A stretch of DNA of 64,000 nucleotides from an uncultured Clostridia bacterium (GTDB lineage Bacteria; Bacillota; Clostridia; TANB77; CAG-508). This document shows, in pieces, positions 1 to 9,339 of the stretch. The stretch spans positions 10,958-74,957 of the forward strand of contig CAJFII010000007.1 in assembly GCA_904381285.1 (NCBI GenBank). The letters run 5' to 3'. The position numbers and the translations under genes are program-made. Numbering within the stretch: the first letter of the stretch is position 1; each line of letters starts with the position of its first letter. The notes beneath the pieces are model-generated. The model was not told where the DNA came from and made no database searches. It worked only from the letters and a program-made list of their open reading frames with translations.

Positions 1-339
1 GCCTATAATTGCTACATTTTCATAGTCTTTTACTTCAAATGTTCCATATCCTAATGGTCCAATAATATCTAATTCTTCTCCCACTTCTCTTTTTGCTAAA
101 ATTTCAGTTCCTTTTCCCTTAACTTGAAAAATGAACTCTACAATTCCTGTTTCTTTTTCAATATTATAAATACTTATTGGTCTTCTTAGTAATGGTTCTA
201 TATTATCTAAAACTCTTATTTCTATAAATTGACCTGGTTTTGCATCTTTTGCAATTTGATTTGCTTCTATACTGTATTTATAGATGTCTTCTTTTAATTG
301 TTCTTTTTTTACTATTTTAGCTTTAATATTAACTTTCAT
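1..339 (-). CDS. pyrK: Dihydroorotate dehydrogenase electron-transfer subunit PyrK, N-terminal part (gene runs off the window start)
   Basis: Reverse-strand translation gives MKVNIKAKIVKKEQLKEDIYKYSIEANQIAKDAKPGQFIEIRVLD..., a PyrK-like FAD-binding N-terminus. The ATG is at 337-339 with AAAGGAG 8 nt upstream. The gene is absent from the ORF table because it is truncated. Confidence 0.7.
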   Translation of the reverse strand, partial: MKVNIKAKIVKKEQLKEDIYKYSIEANQIAKDAKPGQFIEIRVLDNIEPLLRRPISIYNIEKETGIVEFIFQVKGKGTEILAKREVGEELDIIGPLGYGTFEVKDYENVAIIG

Positions 340-365
340 TAGGCTTTTTCTCCTTTATTTTAATT

Positions 366-1310
366 TTATTTTTGGATTGCTCCATTTAGTTCATCTCTCA
401 TTCTTATTGCTTCTTTCCTTGTTGCTTGTGCAAATTCTTCTTCCTTAAATGTATCTTTCCATTTATCAGATTTATATGCACACATTAAGCTTCTTGATGC
501 ATTTACAATTCCTCCTAAACCGTTTTGGTCAAATCCTAATGCTATATCTTCTGCTTTTCCTCCTTGTGCTCCATATCCTGGTATCAAGAAATATGTATGT
601 GGCGCTTCATTTCTTAATTCTTGTAATTGCTTTGGATATGTTGCTCCTACAACAGCTGATATACTACTGTATCCATATTTTCCTCTTAATTCTTCTCCCC
701 ATTCTTCAACAAGACTTGCTACTTTTCTATATACTTCTTCCCCAGATTCTAATTTTAAATCTTGTAATTCACCAGAAGAAGGATTAGATGTTTTTACTAA
801 GACAAATGCACCTTTATTATATTTTTTACAATCTTCAATAAATGGCTTTATACTATCTATTCCCATGTATGGATTTAAAGTTACAAAATCCACATCAAAT
901 ATGCTTTCTTCTAATTCTCCTATTTTTGTTTTTCCTAAAAAAGCATTTGAATATGCTTGTGCTGTTGAGCCTATATCTCCTCTTTTTATATCTGCCATTA
1001 CTATCATTTCTTTTTGTTTTGCATATTTACATGTTTCTTCAAATACTTTTATTCCCTCAAGTCCAAACATTTCATAAAAGGCTATATTTACCTTAACTGC
1101 TGGAATTATATCATATATAGCATCTATCAAGGCTTTATTAAATTCTAATATTGCATCACATGCACCTTTTATATTTTTAGGGTATTTTTCCTTTATACAA
1201 TTAGGTAATTTTTCATATCCTGGATCTAGGCCTAAAACTGTAGGATTATTCATTTCTTTTATTTTTTCAATTAATTTATCTATTGCATTCATTTTTCTTC
1301 TACCTTTCAT
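366..1310 (-). CDS. pyrF: Orotidine 5'-phosphate decarboxylase (long form)
   Basis: KLIEKIKEMNNPTVLGLDP... is typical of family-2 PyrF and the length is about 310 aa. The start is either the ATG at 1310 (GGTGGAAG RBS) or the ATG at 1292 (MNAIDKL). It lies in the pyr gene cluster. Confidence 0.8.
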   Translation of the reverse strand: MKGRRKMNAIDKLIEKIKEMNNPTVLGLDPGYEKLPNCIKEKYPKNIKGACDAILEFNKALIDAIYDIIPAVKVNIAFYEMFGLEGIKVFEETCKYAKQKEMIVMADIKRGDIGSTAQAYSNAFLGKTKIGELEESIFDVDFVTLNPYMGIDSIKPFIEDCKKYNKGAFVLVKTSNPSSGELQDLKLESGEEVYRKVASLVEEWGEELRGKYGYSSISAVVGATYPKQLQELRNEAPHTYFLIPGYGAQGGKAEDIALGFDQNGLGGIVNASRSLMCAYKSDKWKDTFKEEEFAQATRKEAIRMRDELNGAIQK

Positions 1311-2574
1311 ATACTATTCTTCCACCAACTATTGTATATGCAACTTGTCCTTTTAGTTTTTTACCAATAAATGGTGTATTTTTTGATTTTGATACTATAC
1401 TTTCTTTTTCATATACATATTCTATTTCTGGATCAAATACTGTTATGTCTGCATCAAATCCTTCTTTTAATTGACCTTTATTTTTTAGTCCTAATAAATT
1501 TGCTGGGTTATATGACATAAGTCTTACCATATCTAAATATGATATATGTTTCTTATCAACTAAATTTGTAATTGTTGCTGCTAGAGCTGTTTCGAACCCT
1601 ATTATTCCATTTGGTGCAGCAGCAAGTCCTTTTTGTTTCTCCTCTTCTGAATGTGGTGCATGATCTGTTATTATAGCATCTATTGTTCCATCTTTAAGGG
1701 CTTCTATAATTGCTTCTTGGTCTTTTGCTTCTCTTAATGGTGGATTCATTTTAGCATTTGCTCCTGATTTTAAAACTTCTTCTACTGTAAAGCTATAATA
1801 ATGTGGACATGTTTCACAAGTTATTTTTACTCCACGTTTTTTAGCATCTCTTATCATATTGGCTGATGTTTTGGTACTTATATGGCAAATATGTGCTCTT
1901 ACATTATTTGTTTCAGATATTACAATTTCTCTTGCAGCCATTATTTCCTCAGCTTCTGGAAGTACTCCTTCAACACCTAATTGTTCTGCTATTTTTCCTG
2001 CATTTATAGCTCCTGCTGATACAGATTTTTCTTCACAATGTGAAGCTACAAATGTACCAAGCCTATCCGCTTCTATAATTGCCTCTCTCATTATTCTAGA
2101 GTTTACTACTGGCATTCCATCATCTGAAAATGCTATTGCTCCTGCTTGTTTTAACTCCTCAAAATTTACTAGTTCTTCACCTTTTTCTCCTTTTGTTACA
2201 CTAGCATATGGAAGTACATTACATAGATTAACTCTATTTGCTTCTTCAATTATTTTAGACAAAACAATAGTGCTATCAGGAGTTGGTTTTGTATTTGGCA
2301 TAGGACAAATTGTAGTAAAACCTCCCTTAACAGCACTTTGTGATCCTGTTTCTATTGTTTCTTTATATTCAAACCCTGGTTCTCTTAAATGGCAGTGCAT
2401 ATCTATCATACCTGGCATAATAGACAATCCTGTACAGTCAATTACTTGGTCTGCACTTTCATTTATTTCTTTTGCTAATTTCTTTATTTTATTGTCTTCA
2501 ATTAAAACGTCCATTTTTTCATTTAATCTTGCTGCATAATCAATTACTCTTCCGTTTTTTAGTAAAATTGTCAT
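1300..2574 (-). CDS. pyrC: Dihydroorotase
   Basis: DMHCHLREPG and ITDHAPH metal-binding motifs. The ORF track extends it to 2964, but the true start is MTILLKNGRV at 2572-2574, preceded by a GGAGG RBS, giving 425 aa. Confidence 0.85.
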   Translation of the reverse strand: MTILLKNGRVIDYAARLNEKMDVLIEDNKIKKLAKEINESADQVIDCTGLSIMPGMIDMHCHLREPGFEYKETIETGSQSAVKGGFTTICPMPNTKPTPDSTIVLSKIIEEANRVNLCNVLPYASVTKGEKGEELVNFEELKQAGAIAFSDDGMPVVNSRIMREAIIEADRLGTFVASHCEEKSVSAGAINAGKIAEQLGVEGVLPEAEEIMAAREIVISETNNVRAHICHISTKTSANMIRDAKKRGVKITCETCPHYYSFTVEEVLKSGANAKMNPPLREAKDQEAIIEALKDGTIDAIITDHAPHSEEEKQKGLAAAPNGIIGFETALAATITNLVDKKHISYLDMVRLMSYNPANLLGLKNKGQLKEGFDADITVFDPEIEYVYEKESIVSKSKNTPFIGKKLKGQVAYTIVGGRIVYER

Positions 2575-2965
2575 ATAAATACCTCCTATATATTTTTTCT
2601 TCCATATTTTATCATTTAATCTAAGGTTTTTCAATATTTTTCTATATAAATAACTATAAGTTTTTATTCTATAAATATATTTACCTGCATATTTTTTAGT
2701 AAGCTTTTTTATGGAGGTTTTTATATGAAGATATATTATAAATTTACGCGGGAAAATTATTGCTATTCTTTTAATTGCATTTTTTGTTTTATCTAATAGT
2801 GTTATTGCAACAGATAGATTATATGTTTGGTCTGGTGATGAAGATTCATCCTTAATTAACGCAAATGTTAGTGAAAATTCTACTAATTCAAATGTATTAA
2901 ATTTAGAGTCTGGAAGTGCTGTTTTAATTGAACAAAATAGTGGTAAAGTTTTATATGAACACAAT

Positions 2966-3964
2966 ATGCATGAAAAGTTGCGTCCAGCAAGTGTTACAAA
3001 AATTATGACAATTCTATTAATTATGGAAGCTATTGATAGTGGTAGGTTATCCTATGATGACCAAATACCTTGTAGTGAAAATGCAAGTTCAATGGGCGGT
3101 TCGCAGATTTGGTTAGATGTTAGAGAAACTTTGAGTGTTCGTGAAATGCTTAAAGCTATTTGCGTTGTATCTGCTAATGACTGTACTGTTGCTATGGCTG
3201 AATATTTAGCTGGTTCTGAAGAAGCTTTTGTTGCACAAATGAACAATAAGGCAAAAGAACTTGGTATGAATGATACCACTTTTAAAAATTGTCATGGTAT
3301 TGATACTGATGGTCATGTTACATCTAGTTATGATATTGCTCTTATGTCTCGTGAGCTTTTAACAAAACATCCAAAAATTACTGAATTTACAACTATCTGG
3401 ATGGATACTTTACGTGATGGTAAATCTGAACTTGTAAATACTAATAAACTTATACGAAACTATAAAGGGGCTACTGGCTTAAAAACTGGTTCTACATCAC
3501 TTGCTTTATATAATTTATCTGCTAGTGCCACTCGTGATGGTTTATCTTTAATTGCTGTTATAATGAAAGCTCCGACTACTAAAATTCGTTTTTCTGAAGC
3601 AACACAATTATTAGATTATGGTTTTAGTAATTATTCATATAAAGAATTTGGCAAGACTGGCGATACCGTAAAATCTCTAGTAGTTAATAAAGGTGTAAAC
3701 AGTAGTGTTGATGCTGTTTTAGAAAATTCTTGTGGTGCTTTAGTGAAAAAAGGGGAAGATAAGAATTTAACCCAAAACATAACTTTAGATGATACTATTT
3801 CCGCTCCAGTAACTAAAGGTCAAAAACTTGGTGAAGTTAGTTATTCTATTAATGGTGAAGTTGTTGGTAAGTCAAATATTATTGCTTCAGATGATGTAAA
3901 AAAGATTAGTTTATGGAATATGACTACATATTTATATGAAACTTGGTATAAGCTTGTTAGATAA
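2966..3964 (+). CDS. D-alanyl-D-alanine carboxypeptidase (serine-type, PBP5/DacF-like); the N-terminal signal peptide is encoded upstream but lacks an in-frame start
   Basis: SxxK (ASVTKIMT), SxN (SANDC) and KTG (KTGST) motifs are present. The open frame continues upstream of 2966 and encodes ...LRGKIIAILLIAFFVLSNSVIATDRLYVWSGDED... (a signal peptide), but without ATG, GTG or TTG. An ATG at 2725 (MKIYYKFTR) is in the +1-shifted frame. Confidence 0.8.
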   Translation: MHEKLRPASVTKIMTILLIMEAIDSGRLSYDDQIPCSENASSMGGSQIWLDVRETLSVREMLKAICVVSANDCTVAMAEYLAGSEEAFVAQMNNKAKELGMNDTTFKNCHGIDTDGHVTSSYDIALMSRELLTKHPKITEFTTIWMDTLRDGKSELVNTNKLIRNYKGATGLKTGSTSLALYNLSASATRDGLSLIAVIMKAPTTKIRFSEATQLLDYGFSNYSYKEFGKTGDTVKSLVVNKGVNSSVDAVLENSCGALVKKGEDKNLTQNITLDDTISAPVTKGQKLGEVSYSINGEVVGKSNIIASDDVKKISLWNMTTYLYETWYKLVR

Positions 3965-3980
3965 TTTAACTATTCACATT

Positions 3981-4026
3981 TAATCCACAAAAGTTATTCA
4001 CATTAGTGGATAACTTTTGTGGATTA
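3981..4026 (+). terminator. Rho-independent terminator after the carboxypeptidase gene
   Basis: 15-bp perfect inverted repeat ATCCACAAAAGTTAT / ATAACTTTTGTGGAT followed by a T-rich tail. Confidence 0.6.
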
Positions 4027-4142
4027 TTCTTTTTTATCATATTTCATTGACATTATTCGATTTTTATTTTATTATTGTTTAGGAAAATGAAATTTTCTAT
4101 TTAAAATACTAACAATCATTGTTAGAATGGAGGATATAATAT

Positions 4143-5006
4143 ATGAGTAATTTAAAATCATATTTATTTGAAACAAATGCTATTAAAGTATGTAAAGGTG
4201 ATAAACCTTTCTGGTATACCTCTGGTAAAATTGGTCCATATTTTATTAACACACATTTTGTTTATGGTAGTGAAAAAGATGCCGCTTCTTTATTAAGCTT
4301 TATTGATGATAACAAACATGATAAACTTGGAATGCCACAAAAATTATTTTCACTAGTAAAACAACAATATGAAAACAATAAAATTTATAATGATGTAATT
4401 AATGAAATGGTTGCATTTATTAAAGAAAATATTAATGTAGATGAAATTGATTATATTTCTGGTGGAGAAAGAAGAGATTGGTTTTTCTCTTATATTATTG
4501 CCAATATTTTAGAAAAACCACATATCACTATTTTCAAGGATTTAGATACTATAGTTAGTAATTATAATTTTGAAAACTCTAGCCTAGTAAAATCTATTAA
4601 TGGTAAGAAAGTTCTACATATTACAGATTTAATTACTATTGCATCTAGTTTTATTCGTGCTTGGATTCCAGCAATTCAAAATCTAGGTGGAGAATTAGTA
4701 TGGAGTCTTTGTGTAGTAGATAGAATGCAAGGTGGTTCAGACAGATTATCTGATTTAGGAATCAAATCTTATTCATTAACACAAATAGATGAGTCTTTAT
4801 TTGTAACAGCTTTTGAAAAAGGAATTATTGATAAAGATCAATTAGATATGGTTCATAATTTTATTAAAGATCCTGATGGAAGTATGAGAAATTTCTTAAT
4901 TACACATCCTGATTTCTTAGAAAATGCTTTAAATTCAGATGAAAAAACTGCTGGACGTGCTAAACTTTGTATTGATGGAGATTTATATAATTTAAAAGAA
5001 AATTAG
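4143..5006 (+). CDS. Type I phosphoribosyltransferase-fold protein, OPRTase (PyrE)-like, with a C-terminal extension
   Basis: PFWYTSGKIGPYFINT resembles the OPRTase N-terminal motif, and VLHITDLITIASSF resembles the PRPP-binding loop. At 287 aa it is longer than canonical PyrE. It sits adjacent to pyr genes. Confidence 0.45.
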   Translation: MSNLKSYLFETNAIKVCKGDKPFWYTSGKIGPYFINTHFVYGSEKDAASLLSFIDDNKHDKLGMPQKLFSLVKQQYENNKIYNDVINEMVAFIKENINVDEIDYISGGERRDWFFSYIIANILEKPHITIFKDLDTIVSNYNFENSSLVKSINGKKVLHITDLITIASSFIRAWIPAIQNLGGELVWSLCVVDRMQGGSDRLSDLGIKSYSLTQIDESLFVTAFEKGIIDKDQLDMVHNFIKDPDGSMRNFLITHPDFLENALNSDEKTAGRAKLCIDGDLYNLKEN

Positions 5007-5025
5007 ACATTACTTTAAACTAAAA

Positions 5026-5049
5026 CGACTAGGTAAACCTAGTCTTTTT
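5026..5049 (+). terminator. Hairpin plus T-run between convergent genes
   Basis: GACTAGG-TAAA-CCTAGTC stem followed by TTTTTT. Confidence 0.5.
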
Positions 5050-5055
5050 TAGTAT

Positions 5056-6186
5056 TTATTTTTTACCTAACTCTATCTTTACTGGACTTATAATCCCTTT
5101 TCTTTGTACTAATAATGTAATCTCATCTCCCGGACTTTTTGTATAAATATATTTTCTTAGTTCACTCATTTTATTTAGAGTTATTCCATCTATTTTGGTT
5201 ATTATATCTCCTGTTCTTATTCCAACTTTTTCTGCAGGACTATTTTTTATTACTTCCACAACATAAATTCCATTTTCAAATTCTATCCTTGAATCTAAAT
5301 ATGGTATTACATTTTTATCATATGAAAATATTCCTATACTTGCCTCTGTAAAATTTCCTGTCTCTTTATAACTTTGTATTATTGGTTTTATAATATTTAT
5401 TGGTATTGCAAATCCTATAGATTCTGCTGACTCTATTTTTATTGAATTTATTCCTATTACCTCTCCATTTGGATTTATTAGTGGTCCTCCACTATTTCCT
5501 GGATTTATTGTTGCATCTGTTTGTATTAAATCTTCCATATACGAAGTTTTATCTTCTTCTTCTATTTTTATTGTTCTATCTACAGCACTAATGATTCCTG
5601 ATGTTACTGTCCTTTGAAATTCAAAACCTATTGGATTTCCTATAGCATAGACCTTCTCTCCTGGGCGTATTTTATCCGAATCTCCTAGATTTGCATATTC
5701 TAATCCTTTTACATTAATTTTTATTATTGATAAGTCTAAATCTGTATCAGACCATACTACATTTGCTTGGTATTCTTTTCCGTTTTCTAATGTTACATAG
5801 CAACTACTGTATTTTGAGCCTGATACATGTTCATTTGTTACAATATATCCATCTTCTGAAACAATGATTCCTGTTCCTAATCCTAGTTTTATACTTCCAT
5901 CTGTTAAAAATATTGAATTACCATTATCCTGTAATTTTGAAATTCCTACAACTGAATTTGACACTTCTTCTACTACATCTGCTATTTGTTTACTTTCCTC
6001 ATTTGCTTGGGCTACTGTTTGAGATGTTTTTGTTGCACTATATTGTGTTTGGCTGTCATTATTATTAATATCTATATTTATGTATAAGTTAAATAGATAA
6101 AATCCCATTAGTGTTATAAAAAAAAGTATGCTCATTGTAACTACAACTGTTTTTAAATTATCATTTACTCTTTTTTTCTTTTTCAC
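5056..6186 (-). CDS. htrA: HtrA/DegP-family serine protease with N-terminal membrane anchor and C-terminal PDZ domain
   Basis: Trypsin-like catalytic motif TDATINPGNSGGPLIN, a His/Asp region, an N-terminal TM segment and a C-terminal PDZ-like region. Confidence 0.85.
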   Translation of the reverse strand: MKKKKRVNDNLKTVVVTMSILFFITLMGFYLFNLYINIDINNNDSQTQYSATKTSQTVAQANEESKQIADVVEEVSNSVVGISKLQDNGNSIFLTDGSIKLGLGTGIIVSEDGYIVTNEHVSGSKYSSCYVTLENGKEYQANVVWSDTDLDLSIIKINVKGLEYANLGDSDKIRPGEKVYAIGNPIGFEFQRTVTSGIISAVDRTIKIEEEDKTSYMEDLIQTDATINPGNSGGPLINPNGEVIGINSIKIESAESIGFAIPINIIKPIIQSYKETGNFTEASIGIFSYDKNVIPYLDSRIEFENGIYVVEVIKNSPAEKVGIRTGDIITKIDGITLNKMSELRKYIYTKSPGDEITLLVQRKGIISPVKIELGKK

Positions 6187-6255
6187 ATTATTCCTCCCCT
6201 GAATTTTAGATTTACTTATACATTATATTTTTTCCTTTTTTTAGCATCTTAAACA

Positions 6256-6292
6256 AAAAACATGATATTATTTTCATAACATCATGTTTTTA
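6256..6292 (-). terminator. Rho-independent terminator downstream of the HisRS-family gene
   Basis: AAAACATGAT / ATCATGTTTT inverted repeat with a T-run on the minus strand. Confidence 0.5.
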
Positions 6293-6303
6293 TTAATATA
6301 TAT

Positions 6304-7638
6304 TTATTTTTTTAAAATTCTTATAGCCTCTTCTATACTAACTTCTACTTGTTCACCTGTAGACATATTTTTTAGTGAAACTGTATTGTTTTTTACTTCG
6401 TTTTCTCCTATTATTGCTACAAATGGTATTTTTAGTTTATCTGCATATTTGAATTTTGCTTGTATTTTTTTATTGTTCATATATACTTGAGTATTTATTC
6501 CAGCTGTTCTAAATGCATTTGCTACTGGTAAACATTCTTGTATATCGTCTGACATTGAAATAACTAGCACATCTGATATCGAATTTTTATCTACTTTTAT
6601 TGCTTGTAATTCAATTAATTGGTCAAACAATCTTGTTAATCCTATAGAAATTCCTACTCCTGGCAATGGTTTATCTGTATAATATTCTGCTAAATTATCA
6701 TATCTTCCTCCAGAACATACACTTCCTATTTGCCTATAATCATTTAGAAATGTTTCATATACTGTTCCTGTATAATAATCTAATCCTCTTGCAATAGTTA
6801 AATCTACTGCAAAATTTGATTCTGGAACTTCAAATAATCTAATATATTTTACTACTTTTTCTAACTCATCTACACCTTCTTGGAATAGTTCATCTTCTAT
6901 TCCTAATGATTTTAAAGTACTAATTTTTTCATCATTTGAACCAGTTATAGAAATAAATTCTATAATCTTAGATATTTTATCATCACTTACTCCAATATCT
7001 AAAAGCATTTGTTTTACATTTTCTCGCCCTATTTTTTCTAGTTTATCTATTATTCTCATTATTTCTACTGATGTCTCTTCTAAATTAAGGCTTTTATATA
7101 AACCATTTAATATTTTTCTATTATTAATTCTAATAGTAAAATTGTCAAATCCTAATTCTTTGAATGTAGTATAGATAATACTTGGAATTTCGGCATCATT
7201 TATAATATCTAGTTTTCCATCTCCAATAATATCTATATCAGCTTGGTAGAATTCTCTAAATCTTCCTTTTTGAGCTCTTTCACCACGGTATACTTTTCCA
7301 ATTTGATATCTTCTAAACGGAAATTGTAAATCATTATAGTTTTTAGTAACATATTTAGCAAGTGGAACAGTTAAATCAAATCTCATTGATAAATCTGTAT
7401 CTCCTTTGTTAAATCTGTATATTTGTTTTTCTGTTTCTCCTCCTGCTTTTGCTAGTAACACTTCCGACAATTCCAAAATTGGTGTATCTAGTGGCAAAAA
7501 TCCGAATCTTTCATATGATAATCTTATTTTTTCTTTCATTTGATTAAATATTATTTGTTCATTTGGTTGTAATTCCATAAATCCAGGTAATGTTTTTGGT
7601 ATAACTTTATTTTTTTTACTCATAATGCTTGCCCCCAT
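6304..7638 (-). CDS. hisS: Histidine--tRNA ligase family protein (class II aaRS core plus HisRS-type anticodon-binding domain)
   Basis: Motif 2 FRRYQIGKVYRGE...RFREFYQADIDI, motif 3 GGRYDNL, a GLDYYTG motif, and a C-terminal KIPFVAIIGENE anticodon-binding domain. The start is only 61 nt downstream of the preceding gene. Confidence 0.7.
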   Translation of the reverse strand: MGASIMSKKNKVIPKTLPGFMELQPNEQIIFNQMKEKIRLSYERFGFLPLDTPILELSEVLLAKAGGETEKQIYRFNKGDTDLSMRFDLTVPLAKYVTKNYNDLQFPFRRYQIGKVYRGERAQKGRFREFYQADIDIIGDGKLDIINDAEIPSIIYTTFKELGFDNFTIRINNRKILNGLYKSLNLEETSVEIMRIIDKLEKIGRENVKQMLLDIGVSDDKISKIIEFISITGSNDEKISTLKSLGIEDELFQEGVDELEKVVKYIRLFEVPESNFAVDLTIARGLDYYTGTVYETFLNDYRQIGSVCSGGRYDNLAEYYTDKPLPGVGISIGLTRLFDQLIELQAIKVDKNSISDVLVISMSDDIQECLPVANAFRTAGINTQVYMNNKKIQAKFKYADKLKIPFVAIIGENEVKNNTVSLKNMSTGEQVEVSIEEAIRILKK

Positions 7639-7699
7639 TATTTTAATATATTTAAGATTTTACCACGGATTTACTTATTTTTCAATATAATCGCGAATT

Positions 7700-8716
7700 T
7701 TATATTCCTAACTCATATGCTTGTGTCTCTTCACTTCCATCTCCCCCGCCTATTACTTTGACGTTAGAATCTAGAGAAATACAAGGACGAAGCCCATGTC
7801 CAATCGAACGGCCATAAGTGCGGCCATCCGAAAGCACATAGCACAAATAGTTGCTGCGCAAGTCACCGCTGGCATACACAGCACGCACATAGAAATAGCA
7901 ATCAGACGAACGCGAACTCACATCACGGGATGCTAGCCAGTAAGTCTCCCCTGTTGTCCACATATCTCCACCTACTGCTTGCATTGCAGTTCGGTCTGTT
8001 TCATAATTTGTATCTGTATCTTTCATGTTGTTTACTCCTTCTATTGTCGATGATGGAGTGAATTGAAAATCATTAAATGGTCCTACCTCTTCTGTATTCT
8101 TTGCAGTAAATGTTCCATCTGCCCCTACTGTTGGCACACTTCCTACACATCTTCCATCTATCGCATATGGACTACTTTCTGCATAATAATATGCTGCTTC
8201 ATTTAATGTTTCTATTGCACTATTATAATTATCTCTTCCAGTTGCCCAACTACCTCCTCCTAATGTTACTTCTTCTACATTTTTGTCCGATATTATTTGC
8301 AATCCATATGTGTCGTCATTATATAATACTCTAAAGGTTAATACTCCTTTTTCTGTTCCTGTATCATATTTTACATAATCTCCTGGCTCTGCTATATCTT
8401 TTAATAGTCCTTTTACTACTGGTGTGTCTGTTCCACTTCCTCCGTTATTTCCTGTTCCTGCTATTATATTATTTATTTCATTTTCAAAATTAGCTAGTCC
8501 AGCTAGTTCTTGCTCTTGCGCTTGTGTGTAGTTTCTTCCTGCTTGCTCTGCTGTTCTAAATACTCCATTTTCTCCTAATGTTAGGTTTATTGTTACTCCT
8601 GCTAATATTAGTAACACAATAATTGTTATTACTAAAGCTATTAGCGTAATACCCTTACTGTTATTAATTAAATTCATGTTTTTTGTAGTTTTTGGATTTT
8701 TGCTTTTCTTACTCAT
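7700..8716 (-). CDS. Surface protein with N-terminal pilin-like/signal-anchor hydrophobic segment and a Cys-containing C-terminal domain. Paralog of the gene at 63727.
   Basis: MSKKSKNPKTTKNMNLINNSKGITLIALVITIIVLLILAGVTINLTLGENG... The AGGAGG RBS is 9 nt upstream of the ATG at 8714-8716, whereas the ORF track starts earlier at 8764. The first ~100 codons are ~90% nt-identical to 63727-64000. The 3' third (about 7740-8060) is about 45% GC against about 25% around it. The C-terminal ...TYWLASRDVSS...YFYVRAVYASG is faintly reminiscent of DUF1566/Lcl-C. Confidence 0.6.
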   Translation of the reverse strand: MSKKSKNPKTTKNMNLINNSKGITLIALVITIIVLLILAGVTINLTLGENGVFRTAEQAGRNYTQAQEQELAGLANFENEINNIIAGTGNNGGSGTDTPVVKGLLKDIAEPGDYVKYDTGTEKGVLTFRVLYNDDTYGLQIISDKNVEEVTLGGGSWATGRDNYNSAIETLNEAAYYYAESSPYAIDGRCVGSVPTVGADGTFTAKNTEEVGPFNDFQFTPSSTIEGVNNMKDTDTNYETDRTAMQAVGGDMWTTGETYWLASRDVSSRSSDCYFYVRAVYASGDLRSNYLCYVLSDGRTYGRSIGHGLRPCISLDSNVKVIGGGDGSEETQAYELGI

Positions 8717-9339
8717 TCTTTCGTGTTCCTCCTTTTTCTTTCTCATTTTTAATATTTTGTACATATTAGCAATTATTTATTCAAGCTATCTTTATTTAGG
8801 CATTTTCAAAAACTAAAACTTGCAAATTTTCTAAAAAAGCGTCTTGAAAGGAATTTGCTTTAGAGGTTCTTAAATAATTTTATGGAAAGCGTTCATTTTT
8901 AATGGAAGGGTGCCATAAAATTATTTTAGAAGCTCTTAGCAAATTAGCTTGAACAAGCTTTTTTGAAAATTAAAAGTTTGTTTTTGTAAAATGCTTTTAG
9001 CCTTATGTCTTTATTTTATAATTACAAATATTACTTGTCAAGCTACTTATATATCTTTTTTTCTTATTTTTCGAGTACTTCTACAGTTTTTGCTAATCAT
9101 TTGTTGCCATAAACTTTCCTGCTTTTTATTTTTACATTTTTCTTTGTATTTTTCTCTTTTTGTCGAAATTTAATATTTTATATTGTTTTTTGTACCAATT
9201 GTTGCTAAAATATTACATAGATATATAATTTTAGTTACATTTTACAAAATAGTTTTCTTTTTTTATTTTTAATTATATAATTTATGGGAATTATAAGAGA
9301 TTTTGTCTCTTATGGGATGTTTAATTTAAGGGTGATATT

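Noticed and set aside
449-1474. Plus-strand ORFs 449-787, 842-1096, 865-1077 and 1283-1474
   Set aside because: They are antisense to pyrF/pyrC, with hydrophobic L/F-rich translations typical of AT-rich antisense frames.
2575-2964. 130-aa N-terminal extension of the pyrC ORF (1300-2964)
   Set aside because: The extension is a low-complexity AT-rich read-through. MTILLKNGRV at 2574 aligns with dihydroorotase N-termini and has a GGAGG RBS.
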